Shown: piece after piece, positions 13,371 through 24,478 of the stretch | How the letters are laid out: the number at the start of each line of letters is the position of its first letter | Position numbering within the stretch: the stretch's first letter is position 1 | DNA from: Eledone cirrhosa | Taxonomy: Eukaryota | DNA length: 64,000 nt | Direction of reading: 5' to 3' | NCBI GenBank assembly: GCA_964016885.1 | Contig: OZ024756.1 | Location: 18,352,001-18,416,000 of the forward strand | The notes under the pieces: model-generated | The model's database searches: none | Told to the model about the DNA's origin: nothing | What the model saw: the letters and a program-made list of their open reading frames with translations, nothing else | Translations under genes and position numbers: made by a program

Positions 13371-13461
13371 GGTGTGACGCGCGTTTCGCGATTGATCAGC
13401 TCAAGACTAGATCTGTATAGATCTGGCTCGACTCTGGAATCAAAAGCTCGTCAGAAGCACC
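13371..13461 (-). ncRNA. Type I hammerhead ribozyme with long stem II
   Basis: Minus strand reads ggtgctt CTGACGA GC-(long hairpin)-GC GAAA CGCGCG TC acacc, followed by AATAAA. Confidence 0.8.
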
Positions 13462-14169
13462 ACAACCCCCACTACCACAACCAGCATCCTCACAAACACC
13501 ATAACCAGCACCAGCACTACCACAAACACCACCATTACAAACACCAGCAACACCATCATCATCATCAACACTACTTCTTTAATCAGGGACACAGAAGTCA
13601 ATTGAAACCGACAGTTTTGATTTGGGTGAGGCTAATATTGGGGTGGGGTGGGAGTGGATTAGGAGGGGGGATGAAAGGCTGATGGCACAACCCCTGCTGC
13701 AGGATTCTGATCTTTGATCCAAGCTCATGCTTCAACAAATGCAATATATCTCACCATCACCCCATATCCTCCAACGTTAACCCCAACTCCGTCACCAACC
13801 TGAAACCCAACCCCATCCCCTTTTTTTCCATTTAAATAGATTCAGACTCCCTGAAATGCATTCACAGAAAATAATCAATATCTCTCAGGAATACCGTTTC
13901 TAAAGAGATTCTGTATCTCATCGATCAATATGGCATGTTCTGTTGCCATAGTTACCTTTAAATTAAAAAAAGAAAGAAAGTAAAAATGAATATGAACATA
14001 AAGAAATGTTCTATTATTAGCAGATGAGGTGATTTGGGCCTTTCTTTCCTTATTTCCTTCTTTCTTTCTTTCCTATCAGATTCTGTGATTGCTAAGAATC
14101 AGTCACATGGTGTGTAGTGATGTTGTGTGGTAATGTACCCACACACACACACACACACACACACAGACC

Positions 14170-14362
14170 TACATACATTCATACATTCATACATACATAC
14201 ATACATACATTCATACATTCATTCATACATACATTCATACATACATACATACATACATACATACATACATACATACATACATACATACATACATACATAC
14301 ATACATACATACATACATACATACATACATACATACATACATACATACATACATACATACAT
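14170..14362. repeat. (CATA)n microsatellite
   Basis: Direct reading. Confidence 0.97.
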
Positions 14363-14945
14363 GGTGGCTGCCAACTCGTTTTCGAGTACGGCCACTACTT
14401 TATATCCATGTAGGAGAACCCCTACCGATGCGCTGAACGAGTGTGACTTTTTAGTCCAGCCAGCGCCTTGAAAACTCTGGTACAGACACTACACTTGTGA
14501 CAATTATTGACACATAGTGCTGGGCCCATGGTACCATGTGACAAGTGCAGAGAGATCTCCAGATATAAAGCAATGCCTGTGCCGTGAAGCTTTTATAGTG
14601 AGCAAAGGCACTGCACAAAGCCAGTCCCACTCTCTTAACCAAGATATTTACCAAAAAGAAGAACAAGTCAACATCATTGGATACCATCAGAGTTGCAGGT
14701 GTTATATCAGGAGTTTTCCTTCTCCTAGAATTCTGCTTTGACAAAGGCTAAGGGGTCATCTCTCCCGGTGATTTTGGATGGCCATTGACTCTTAAGAGTT
14801 CCTTTGCCCTTTGGCAGGATGTCCAAAGTCACCCTCCTCACCAAGAAACCTTGGTGGGGTTGCCAGTTTAGTCGCCAACAACCCGACCATGAGACAGGTT
14901 GTACTGGGATACATGTTACCAGTAGCACCAACTGGTGACCTGACA
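14362..14945 (-). mobile_element. Non-coding interspersed repeat, probably an RTE-derived non-autonomous element (relative at 23484-23810)
   Basis: Blocks shared with 23484-23810 (ggctgcc..ctcgtt..gagta.ggcca; gcaatgcctgt..gtgaag; cccactctct; tcaacatcattg; tgacaaagg). The minus strand has ctaggagaaggaaaactc, like RTE 5' UTRs. Confidence 0.55.
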
Positions 14946-14964
14946 TAGATATATATATATATAT

Positions 14965-17435
14965 TATGAGCACATAAGCCAGATTGACTTCCTGCTAGTT
15001 AGGCAGCGGGACAGGCAGATAGTGTCTAATACCAAGGCATACCCTGGGGAAGAATGTACCCCACAGCATAGGTTAGTTGTTAGTGATATCTCAGTAAGCA
15101 AGAGATGGAATGAGACATATAGGAAGGTGTGGAGAAGAAAGGTCTGGAAGCTAAAAGACCTTTCACTAAAATTCAAATTTAGGAAAGCCCTTCAAGATGT
15201 ATATGACGAAAAAGAAGACGATTTAGAGACGTATGACATAGATAATAACTGGAAGTTCTTACGTGACAACTTGCTGAAGGCTACTGATGAAACCTGTGGC
15301 TGGAGCAGAGCTCCAACCAGACAGAGAGTGACCTGGTGGTGGAACAGCAGTGTAGATAAGGCTATTAGAGACAAAAGACTAGCATGGAAGGCTTGGAATA
15401 AGGGTGGGAGTAGGGAAGAATATACAGCCACTAAGAGAGAAGCTAGACGTCAGGTGTACTTAGCACGCAGGGAGGCAGAGAGTAGGAGGTTTGCCAATGT
15501 TCTGCGACGGGAAGATCAGAGGCGTGCGGTGTTCCACATTGCAAGGCAGTGTGTCAATGCAAATCAGGATGTTGTTGGTGATAAATGTGTCCGGGATGAT
15601 GCCGGTGTACTTAGTGTCACGAATGACCAGAAAAAGGAGGCCTGGAAATGTCATTATGAGAGACTGATGAATGTGGAGAACGAATGGGAGAGAGAGAAAT
15701 TACCCTTGGTAGATCCGACAGAGGGACCAGCTATTGAGATTGACGAATATAGGGTCCAAGAGGCGATTAGGGAAATGAAAAATGGTAAGGCGGCCGGACC
15801 ATCGGGAATAGTTGCTGAGATGCTGAAGGCATCAGGGGACGTAGGCACTAAACTGGTTGCACGCATAATCAATCAGGCTATATATGGTGGTGTCATACCC
15901 AAAGACTGGTGCAGCAGTATTCTCATAAATTGCTACAAAGGTAAAGGGGATGCTTTGGAGAGGAGCAATTATAGGGGTATAAAACTGATAGATCAGGTTA
16001 TGAAAGTGGCAGAAAGGATTCTAGCACAACTAATTAGAGAAAGGGTCAAACTAGATGAGATGCAGTTTGGTTTTGTGCCTGGGAAGAGTACAACAGACGC
16101 CCTCTTCTTGGTGAGACAAATGCAAGAGAGGTTCTTAGAGAAGAATAAGCCACTATACTTAGCCTTTGTTGACCTAGAGAAGGCCTTTGATAGGGTACCC
16201 CGATCTGTCATCTGGTGGTCCCTAAGGAAGCTGGGTGTTGAGGAATGGCTTGTAAGGACAGTGCAAACTTTGTACAGAGGTACTCTCAGTAAAGTCAGGG
16301 TAGGAATGGAGTTTAGTGAGGAATTCCAGATACAAGTAGGAGTACATCAGGGTTCGGTCCTCAGCCCGCTCTTGTTCATTATAGTCCTCCAAGCCATAAC
16401 AGAGGAGTTTAAGACTGGCTGTCCATGGGAACTTCTCTATGCTGACGATCTGGCTCTTATGGCAGAATCAGTAGAGGAGCTAGAGAATAAATTCCGGCTA
16501 TGGAAACAGCAGTTGGAAGCAAGAGGACTGAGAGTAAATCTAGCTAAGACAAAAGTGTTGATGAGTAGAAAAGAGGACAAAACCCTGATTCCGTCAGGGA
16601 AATGGCCATGTTCGATATGCAGAAAAGGAACTGGCATAAATTCTATAAAATGCACACAATGTAGGTCCTGGGTACACAAGAGATGTAGCGGGATAGCAGG
16701 CAAACTAACAGGTAGGGAGAAATATGTATGCAGTAGATGTACAGGGAAATTAGACAGTAGAAGTCGCACTGATAGACACATTTTTCAAATGCGAGAGGGC
16801 GCTATAGAAGTGGTGGATAGCTTCCGGTACCTAGGAGATCAGATTAGCATGGGAGGAGGGTGTTCCGAGGCCATAGTATCTAGAATAAGGACGGGTTGGA
16901 AGAAGTTTAGGGAGCTGCTTCCTCTGTTGACGAAGAAGGGTTTCTCCCTGCGTACGAAAGGCCGGTTGTATGATGCCTGTGTGAGGAGCGCGATGCTGCA
17001 TGGTAGTGAGACATGGGCAGCTACCGCAGAAGATATGCGACGGCTGGAGAGAAATGAGGCAAGCATGCTCCGTTGGATGTGCAGTGTAAATGTGCGTGAA
17101 CGACCCAGCATAAATGTGTTGAGAGAGAAACTGTGTCTGAGAGGGATAGAATGTAGTGTACGGGAGAGGAGACTGAGGTGGTATGGACATGTGATGCGCA
17201 TGGAGGATGACCGATGGGTGAAGAAGTGCCAGGAAATGCCAGTTGAAGGAAGACGTGGTAGAGGTAGACCACGAAAAACATGGGCGGAGGTGGTGAGAAC
17301 AGACCTCAGATCATTGAAGCTCACGGTGGAGATGACGAGGGACCGTGACGAGTGGAGAGATGCTGTGCTGAATAAGACCCGTCCCACCCTTGCAAGCAGG
17401 GAAAAGCGGACGTAAAATGATGATGATGATGATGA
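14965..17435 (+). mobile_element. RTE-clade LINE, 5'-truncated, with an uninterrupted ORF (APE end, RT with internal PHD finger) and (ATG)n tail
   Basis: 797-aa ORF 15022..17415, whose frame stays open back to about 14965 (SQIDFLL). Motifs QHRLV, NYRGIKL, FVDLEKAFD, GVHQG, YADD, YLG, RLRWYGHV, GRGRPRKTW. Flanked by (TA)n. Confidence 0.95.
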
Positions 17436-17494
17436 TATATATATTATGGAATACTGTTGGCTTCTTGCTACAATACTTTCTATACCTTTCATTT

Positions 17495-17502
17495 ATTATA
17501 TA

Positions 17503-17574
<72 letters not shown>

Positions 17575-17659
17575 CACATATATATATATACACATATATA
17601 TATACACATATATATATACACATATATATATACACATATATATATACACATATATATAT

Positions 17660-17726
<67 letters not shown>

Positions 17727-18104
17727 TATATAATATACACATGTATAATATATATAAATATATATATATAAATATATATATATACACATATATAATATAT
17801 ATATATATAATATATATATATACACATATATAATATATATATATATAATATATATATATACACATATATAATATACACATATATAATATATATATATACA
17901 CATATATAATATACACATATATAATATATATATATACACATATATAATATACACTTATATAATATATATATATACACATATATAATATACACATATATAA
18001 TATATATATATACACATATATAATATACACATATATAATATATATATATACACATATATAATATATATATATATATACACATATATAATATATATATATA
18101 TATA

Positions 18105-18136
<32 letters not shown>

Positions 18137-18150
18137 CACATATATAATAT

Positions 18151-18183
<33 letters not shown>
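17495..18183. repeat. Compound (TA)n/(CA) microsatellite
   Basis: Direct reading. Confidence 0.95.
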
Positions 18184-18787
18184 AAATATTAAACAAATAA
18201 TGAATAAACAATTCCTTATATTAAACAAAAAAAGTTCATTATTTAACGATCGTTTCTAGGATATATAACGATCTTTCCATGATATCCGGAATACATTGAG
18301 TTCTTCATACGGATTGGACACTACCGTAAACTCTTGGTAGATTTATCTACATATATATATATATATATATATGTGTAAAATGTATATGTAATGTATATAT
18401 ATAATATATATATAAAATGTATATATTTATATATGTGTACATGACCACACAACACCATGTGTGTGTGTGTATATATATATTTATATATATATATATAACA
18501 ATCAGAATGGATGCAGTAAAAACCAGTTAGACCATACTCTGAACATATCACACACACACTATATATATGTATATATATATATATATATTTATTAAAATAA
18601 CAGATTAAAGTTTAAGCAAAGAATCGCTGCTTTCACAGGATCTTCTGAAACTAAAAAAGTCAATCTGTGATATTTCCTCTACGGTTCTTATATATCTGAT
18701 ATATATGTCCTTATCGAGCCCTCTTTGGATTTTAGTCTTCAAATTTATTATTATTACTATTATTATTACTATATATATATATATATT

Positions 18788-19326
18788 CGATATTAACAAA
18801 TGGAAACTATATTTATAAAACCATATTTATTTCATTATACATATTTCAAGGACTCCAAGTTAAATTATGGTGTGCTTTCATCAGATAAAATATAATATAG
18901 ATCAGTTTTATAAATAAATATTGACATACCCTTAAAAAATGCAACCATTACTGTTGGAAGCTCCCGGGAGCTTCCAACAGTAATGGTTGCATTTTTTAAG
19001 GGTATGTCAATATTTATTTATTTATTTATAAAACTGATCAATATTATATTTTATCTGATGGAGCTTCCAACAGTAATGGTTGCATTTTTTAAGGGTATGT
19101 CAATATTTATTTATAAAACTGATCTATATTATATTTTATCTGATGAAAGCACACCATAATTTAACTTGGAGTCCTTGAAATATGTATAATGAAATAAATA
19201 TGGTTTTATAAATATAGTTTCCATTTGTTAATATCGTATTTTTACTCCAAATATTTGTTGAGTGCTTTATATCAGTTATAAAAATATTTGCTTGTTGTAT
19301 TCCAACAATTTAAATAAAACTTTTAC
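18788..19326. mobile_element. Second, diverged fold-back Penelope-like pLTR relic of the same family as 271-732, in opposite orientation
   Basis: Centre ctccc|gggag at 18965/18966; internal ~94-bp duplication; unpaired tail 19237-19326 homologous to the reverse complement of 271-356. Confidence 0.8.
19128..19201 (+). ncRNA. Type I hammerhead ribozyme (mirror copy on the minus strand at about 18825-18896)
   Basis: CTGATGA 19140-19146; stem II AAG...CTT; GAAA 19177-19180; stem III tatgta; AUA; stem I tattttat/atgaaata. Confidence 0.78.
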
Positions 19327-19689
19327 ATATATATATATATATATATAGTGTGTGTGTGTGATATGTAGTGGCTATTTAACCCCAGTTAAGTTCTGACTGA
19401 GCAGACATATAATCCAAGGCATTCCGGCTGTGACCATCCTGTTTTATTTTGCCCAATGTTCAGGGAACCCACATCCATGTTATTGTATATGTTCTCTTCC
19501 TAAGATGGTAAATAGTATGTGCAATTGAGGTAATTTGACTGCTACTTCTAACATGTTAAACGATCATTTAAAGGTTCCCTCATTGGTAGATTGATGTTTT
19601 TTGTAGTGTAGTGTAGTGTAAAAGAAGTGTCATGTGATATAGTAGCATGGTATGTAATGTTGGTGTCATGTGGAATGTAGTTAATGTGT

Positions 19690-20425
19690 AAGATGGTGTG
19701 TAGTTGGTGTGATGATGGTGCTGTGTAGATGGTGGTGCTGTGTAGATGGTGGTGTGTAGAGGGTGGTGCTGTGTAGTTGATGGTGGTGTGTAGATGGTGG
19801 TGTGTAGTTGATGGTGGTGTGTAGATGGTGGTGTGTAGTTGATGGTGGTGTGTAGTTGATGGTGGTGTGTAGATGGTGGTGATAGTGGTGGTGTATTATA
19901 GCTCGTGGTGGTGCTGTGTGAGATGGTGGTGCTGTTTAGATGGCAGTGTGTAGATGGTGCTGGTGTGTAGATGGTGCTTGTGTGTAGATGGTGCTGGTGT
20001 GTAGATGGTGGCGGTGTGTAGTTGGTGTGTCGATGGTGGTGGTGTGTAGTTGGTGTGTCGATGGTGGTGGTGTGTAGATGGTGGTGCTGTGTAGGTGGTG
20101 TGTAGATGGTGGTGGTGTGTAGATGGCGTGTAGATGGTGGTGGTGTGTAGATGTTGGTGTGTAGTTGTTGGTGTGTGAGATAGTGGTGGTGTGTAGATGG
20201 TGGTGGTGTGTAGTTGGTGGTGTATAGCTAGTGGTGGTGTGTAGGTGGTGGTGTATAGATGATGGTGTGTAGATGGTGGTGTGCAGTTGGTGGTGGTGTG
20301 TAGATGGTGGTGGTGTGTAGATGATGGTGTGTAGATGGTGGTGTGTAGTTGGTGGTGTGTAGCTAGTGGTGGTGTGTAGTTGGTGGTGTATAGCTAGTGG
20401 TGGTGTGTAGTTGGTGGTGGTGTGT
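19690..20425. repeat. Compound GGT/GTGTAGAT simple repeat
   Basis: Direct reading. Confidence 0.9.
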
Positions 20426-20454
20426 ATGGAGGGGGAGGGGGGATTTCAGGTGTA

Positions 20455-21085
20455 GTGTTGGCGAATTTCTGGAAGCATGGAAATTTTAAAGGATGCAGTG
20501 TCCCAGCAGCTAACAACCAATGCAGGTAGATTGTTCCATGGAGGTTTTAATGGATGCAATGTCTCGGCAGATAACAACTGATGCAGGGAGTTTGTTCCAT
20601 GGAGATTTTAATGGATGCAGTGTCTCAGCAGATAACAACCGATGCAGGGAGTTTGTTCCATGGAGGTTTTAAAGGATGCAGTGTCCCGGCAGCTAACAAC
20701 TGATGCAGGTAGATTGTTCCATGCTTCAGCAACTGAGTGTGAAAAAATGTTCCAAAAAGTCATGGGTGCTGTTTTCTGACTTTGTAGGCATGCCCACGTG
20801 TGTTAGACACATGGAATTCAAAAAGGTACTCAGGGTTGTTGTTTGCAAGATGGTTTATAATCTTGTGGGTGTTTACCAAGTCAGTTACCAGACGTTGGGG
20901 CTTTAATGTATCCATGCCCTGGGAAGCAAGGCATTCAGAGTATGGTAGATGCTTTATGGAGGTTCCCTGTCCCTGAACAGTTTCCAGGAGGTCAATATTC
21001 TGAGCAAGATAGGGGTTCCAGACTGCTGATGCAAATTCAAAGTGTGGCCACACCATAGCTATATATGGCTCATAATAAAGCCGGT
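20455..21085 (-). mobile_element. Degenerate CR1-clade LINE 3' fragment with a 61-bp segment repeated 4 times (20462-20725)
   Basis: ORF 20760..21113: PHFEFASAVWNPY...LETVQ...TRGH. ggatgca recurs at 20491, 20552, 20613 and 20674. Confidence 0.8.
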
Positions 21086-21783
21086 CGCAGTGCCAACAAA
21101 TTAAGTGTACCATTCAAAAAACTAAACAGGTCACTGTTTGCACAAGACTGATCTAAAGTGATCCTCCTAAGATCAAACCGTCTTTTTTTTTGTATATCTG
21201 GGACTAGATGTGTCCATTATTTTCTAAGATTGTAGGGAGTGATTTGAGGAGATTTGGCTGCTACTTTCAAAAGGCTGGGTGACCAAACTTAACCTCTTCT
21301 GTCTGAAACCGACCCTGGTTCTATGATATTAAACTGTTTGTTTTAATGTGATTTTATTTATTTATCTAAAAACCTGGTTTGTTCTGGAGAAAGGGACAGT
21401 TCACATAGTAGTTGCAGAAACACCTGATTATACATACTCTGCTTGTTTCCTAAATGTATAACTAACTCTTTCCAAGCTCTAGCCCAGCTTCTCTCTTAAT
21501 GCTTGTTTCGCACTAGATAAATATTGAGCAATTGCTTCTTTCTGTGGCTGGCAACTACAACCTATATATCTCTCTCGACACTCCTTTGAGATTTGATTAT
21601 ATACTTCCACTTTTGATAGATATATATATATATATATATTTTGTTTTTTATATTTATTTAAAAAGAATAAAAAAAAAAAAATTGTTTTATATTTATTTTT
21701 ATTTTCCTCTTCTTTTTGTGTTCTTTACTTGTTAACCTCCCTCTTTACAACCCTCCTTACTTCCTCTCGGAGTTCCTCACAAC

Positions 21784-21820
21784 TTTCCTGATGAAGGACT
21801 TAAGTCCGAAACGTTGAAAC
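21784..21820 (+). ncRNA. Minimal Penelope-type hammerhead ribozyme
   Basis: tttc CTGATGA a GGAC-ttaa-GTCC GAAA CG TT gaaa, with palindromic AACGTT in place of stem III. Confidence 0.72.
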
Positions 21821-22281
21821 CTCCTCTACTCCCACCAAGCGTGAAGCTAATACAACTGTGTACAATTGACTCCTGCATTTTGTTTGTTCTTTCCAACTAT
21901 ATATATATATATGAGCAACATCGGTGAAGTTGGCACCCTTAACTCACAGTTGGGTGCGGATGCATTCATGTATATATGTGTGTCCCCGCATGTATCTGTG
22001 TGTTTCTAAATATATTGTTAATAACTCCCTCTGGTCGAGCAATCTTTGAAGTGTGGGGACAGCTGGAAAGCTTCCATTACTCATACTTCTCGCCTCCTTC
22101 ACCACCTCTTCTACGGCCTCGATATAAATACCCCCTCCGCCTCCGTGGTATTTTCTTCGGGGTTATAAGAGGCTTAGCTCTGTTTCTCGACCGTTATATC
22201 GCGTGACTATCTCCCCCTCCGCCTTTTGGGATTCTTTCTCACGTCGTGTAGACGCGTTCTTGAGACTAGTAAAATGAGGTA

Positions 22282-22371
22282 TCCTCTTGATAAGTCGGCA
22301 GACCTCGCAAGGACTCTATATCTTTATGATATATTGTTTTTGTTTATGCCACGAAACTACGTAGTCGAGGA
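22282..22371 (+). ncRNA. Type I hammerhead ribozyme with U3-A8 core variant
   Basis: tcctc TTGATAA gtcggca...tgccac GAAA CTACGTAG TC gagga: 5-bp stem I, palindromic stem III, GUC cleavage triplet. Confidence 0.72.
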
Positions 22372-22462
22372 ATTTAGGAGCAGTTTAGGTATGATACATT
22401 TTATTACTAATTATATCTAAATGTTTCTTCTCTCTTCATAATGTATATATATATATATATAT

Positions 22463-23467
22463 ATATCATCATCATCATTTTACATCCGCTTTTCCCTGCT
22501 TGCAAGGGTGGGACAGGTCCTATTCAGCACAGCATCTCTCCACTTGTCACGGTCCTTCGTCATCTCCACCGTGAGCTTCAGCGATCTGGGTCTGCTCTGA
22601 CCACCTCCGCCCATGTTTTTTGTGGTCTTCCTCTACTGCATCTTCCTTCTACTGGGATTTCTTGGCACTTCTTTACACAATGGTCATCCTCCATGCGCAT
22701 CACATGTCTATACCATCTCAGTCTTCTCTCCCGTTCACTACAACTTATCCCTCTTATACAGTTTCTCTCTCAACTCATCTATGCTTGGTCGTTCAAGCAC
22801 ATTGACATTGCATATCCTCTGCAGTTGTTGCCCATATTTCATTACCATGCAGCATCGTGCATCTCACACAGGCATCATACAACCAGCCTTTCGTACACAG
22901 GGAGAAACCCTTCTTTGTCAACACAGAAAGCAGCTCCCTAAACTTCTTCCAACCCGTCCTTATTCTAGATACTATGGCCTTGGAACACCCTCCTCCCATG
23001 CTAATCTGATCACCTAGGTACTGGAAGCTATCAACCACTTCTATAGAACCCACCTGCATTTGAAAAATGTGTCTATCACTGCAACTTCTACTGTCAAATT
23101 TCCCTGTACATCTACTGCATACGTAGTTTTCCCTACCTGTTAGTTTGCCTGCTATCCCACTACATCTCTTGTGTACCCAAGATCTGCATTATGTACATTT
23201 TATAGAATTTATGCCAGTTCCTTTTCTACACATCGAACATGGCCATTTCCCTGATGGAATCAGAGTTTTGTCCTCTCTTCTACTCATCAACACTTTTGTC
23301 TTAGCTATGTTCACTCTCAGTCCTCTTGATTCCAACTGCTGTTTCCATAGCCAGAATTTATTCTCTAGCTCCTCTACTGATTCTGCTATAAGAACCAGAT
23401 CGTCAGCATAGAGAAGTTCCCATGGGCAGCCAGTCTTAAACTCCTCTGTTATGGCTTGGAGGACTAT
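22463..23467 (-). mobile_element. Older, frameshifted 5'-truncated copy of the RTE-PHD family
   Basis: ORF pieces 23189..23521 (GCPWELLYADD...WPCSMC) and 22793..23059 closely match the 797-aa ORF; the 3' end is the same; (TA)n on both sides. Confidence 0.92.
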
Positions 23468-23818
23468 ATATATATATATATATGATGGCTGCCCCCTCGT
23501 TATTGAGTATGGCCATTGCATGATATAACATTATCAATAATTATCAATTAATGCTATCGTGCAATGCCTGTACGTGAAGATTTTTTTTAAAGTGAGGAAA
23601 GACTGTGCTCTGAGCCAATCCCACTCTCTGAGCAACAGTAGCTATAACCCGAAAAAAAGAAAAGATCAACATCATTGTTAACTACTGAGCCACAGGTTTT
23701 ATAGCGGAGTTATCCCAGTTTCCAGAGTTGCCTTCTAGAAGAATGCCCTGACAAAGGTTTGGGGTCTTTTACTCCCAGTGGTTTAACCACGCAATCGGGT
23801 ATCCAGCCCTATTACATG

Positions 23819-23857
<39 letters not shown>

Positions 23858-23930
23858 ATACTTGGGGAGGGTCATATTTGTGTAATATTGCCAGAATTAA
23901 TAACAGAACACACTCACTGTTTGGTATGTG

Positions 23931-23968
<38 letters not shown>

Positions 23969-24021
23969 CACATGCATAATATATATATATATATATGTGT
24001 GTAGTGAAATGTAAGCATTTA

Positions 24022-24105
24022 CTACAGGAATTGGAAAATTTCCCAGGGAATTATCTATATATTTGTCGAGGTGTGATCTTATTTGTGTGTGTGTGCGTGT
24101 ATATA

Positions 24106-24154
<49 letters not shown>

Positions 24155-24263
24155 ATATATATAAAGATATATGAATATATATGTCTATATAAGCATGAAT
24201 ACTCACACATAACTAATATAAGATAGTCAGATGATTTCCTGGGAAATTTTCCAATGCCTATAG
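24022..24263. mobile_element. MITE-like element with ~35-bp TIRs and microsatellite interior
   Basis: ctacaggaattggaaaatttcccagggaattatct / agatgatttcctgggaaattttccaatgcctatag. Confidence 0.6.
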
Positions 24264-24429
24264 GTATGTTTATATATATATATAGGTATGTTTATATATA
24301 TAGGTATGTTTATATATATATATATATTTATATATATATAACCAAAAGTTTAACAAGGTTCATTGATTAATCAATAAATATATATATATATATATATATA
24401 ATAAATGTGAAGACTAAAATCTGTTATTT

Positions 24430-24478
<49 letters not shown>

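Noticed and set aside
18236-18350. GAAACGATCGTTA with a ggatat/atatcc stem on the minus strand (similar half-motifs at ~5640-5680 and ~40535-40580)
   Set aside because: The CUGANGA half is missing or corrupted; at most dead remnants.
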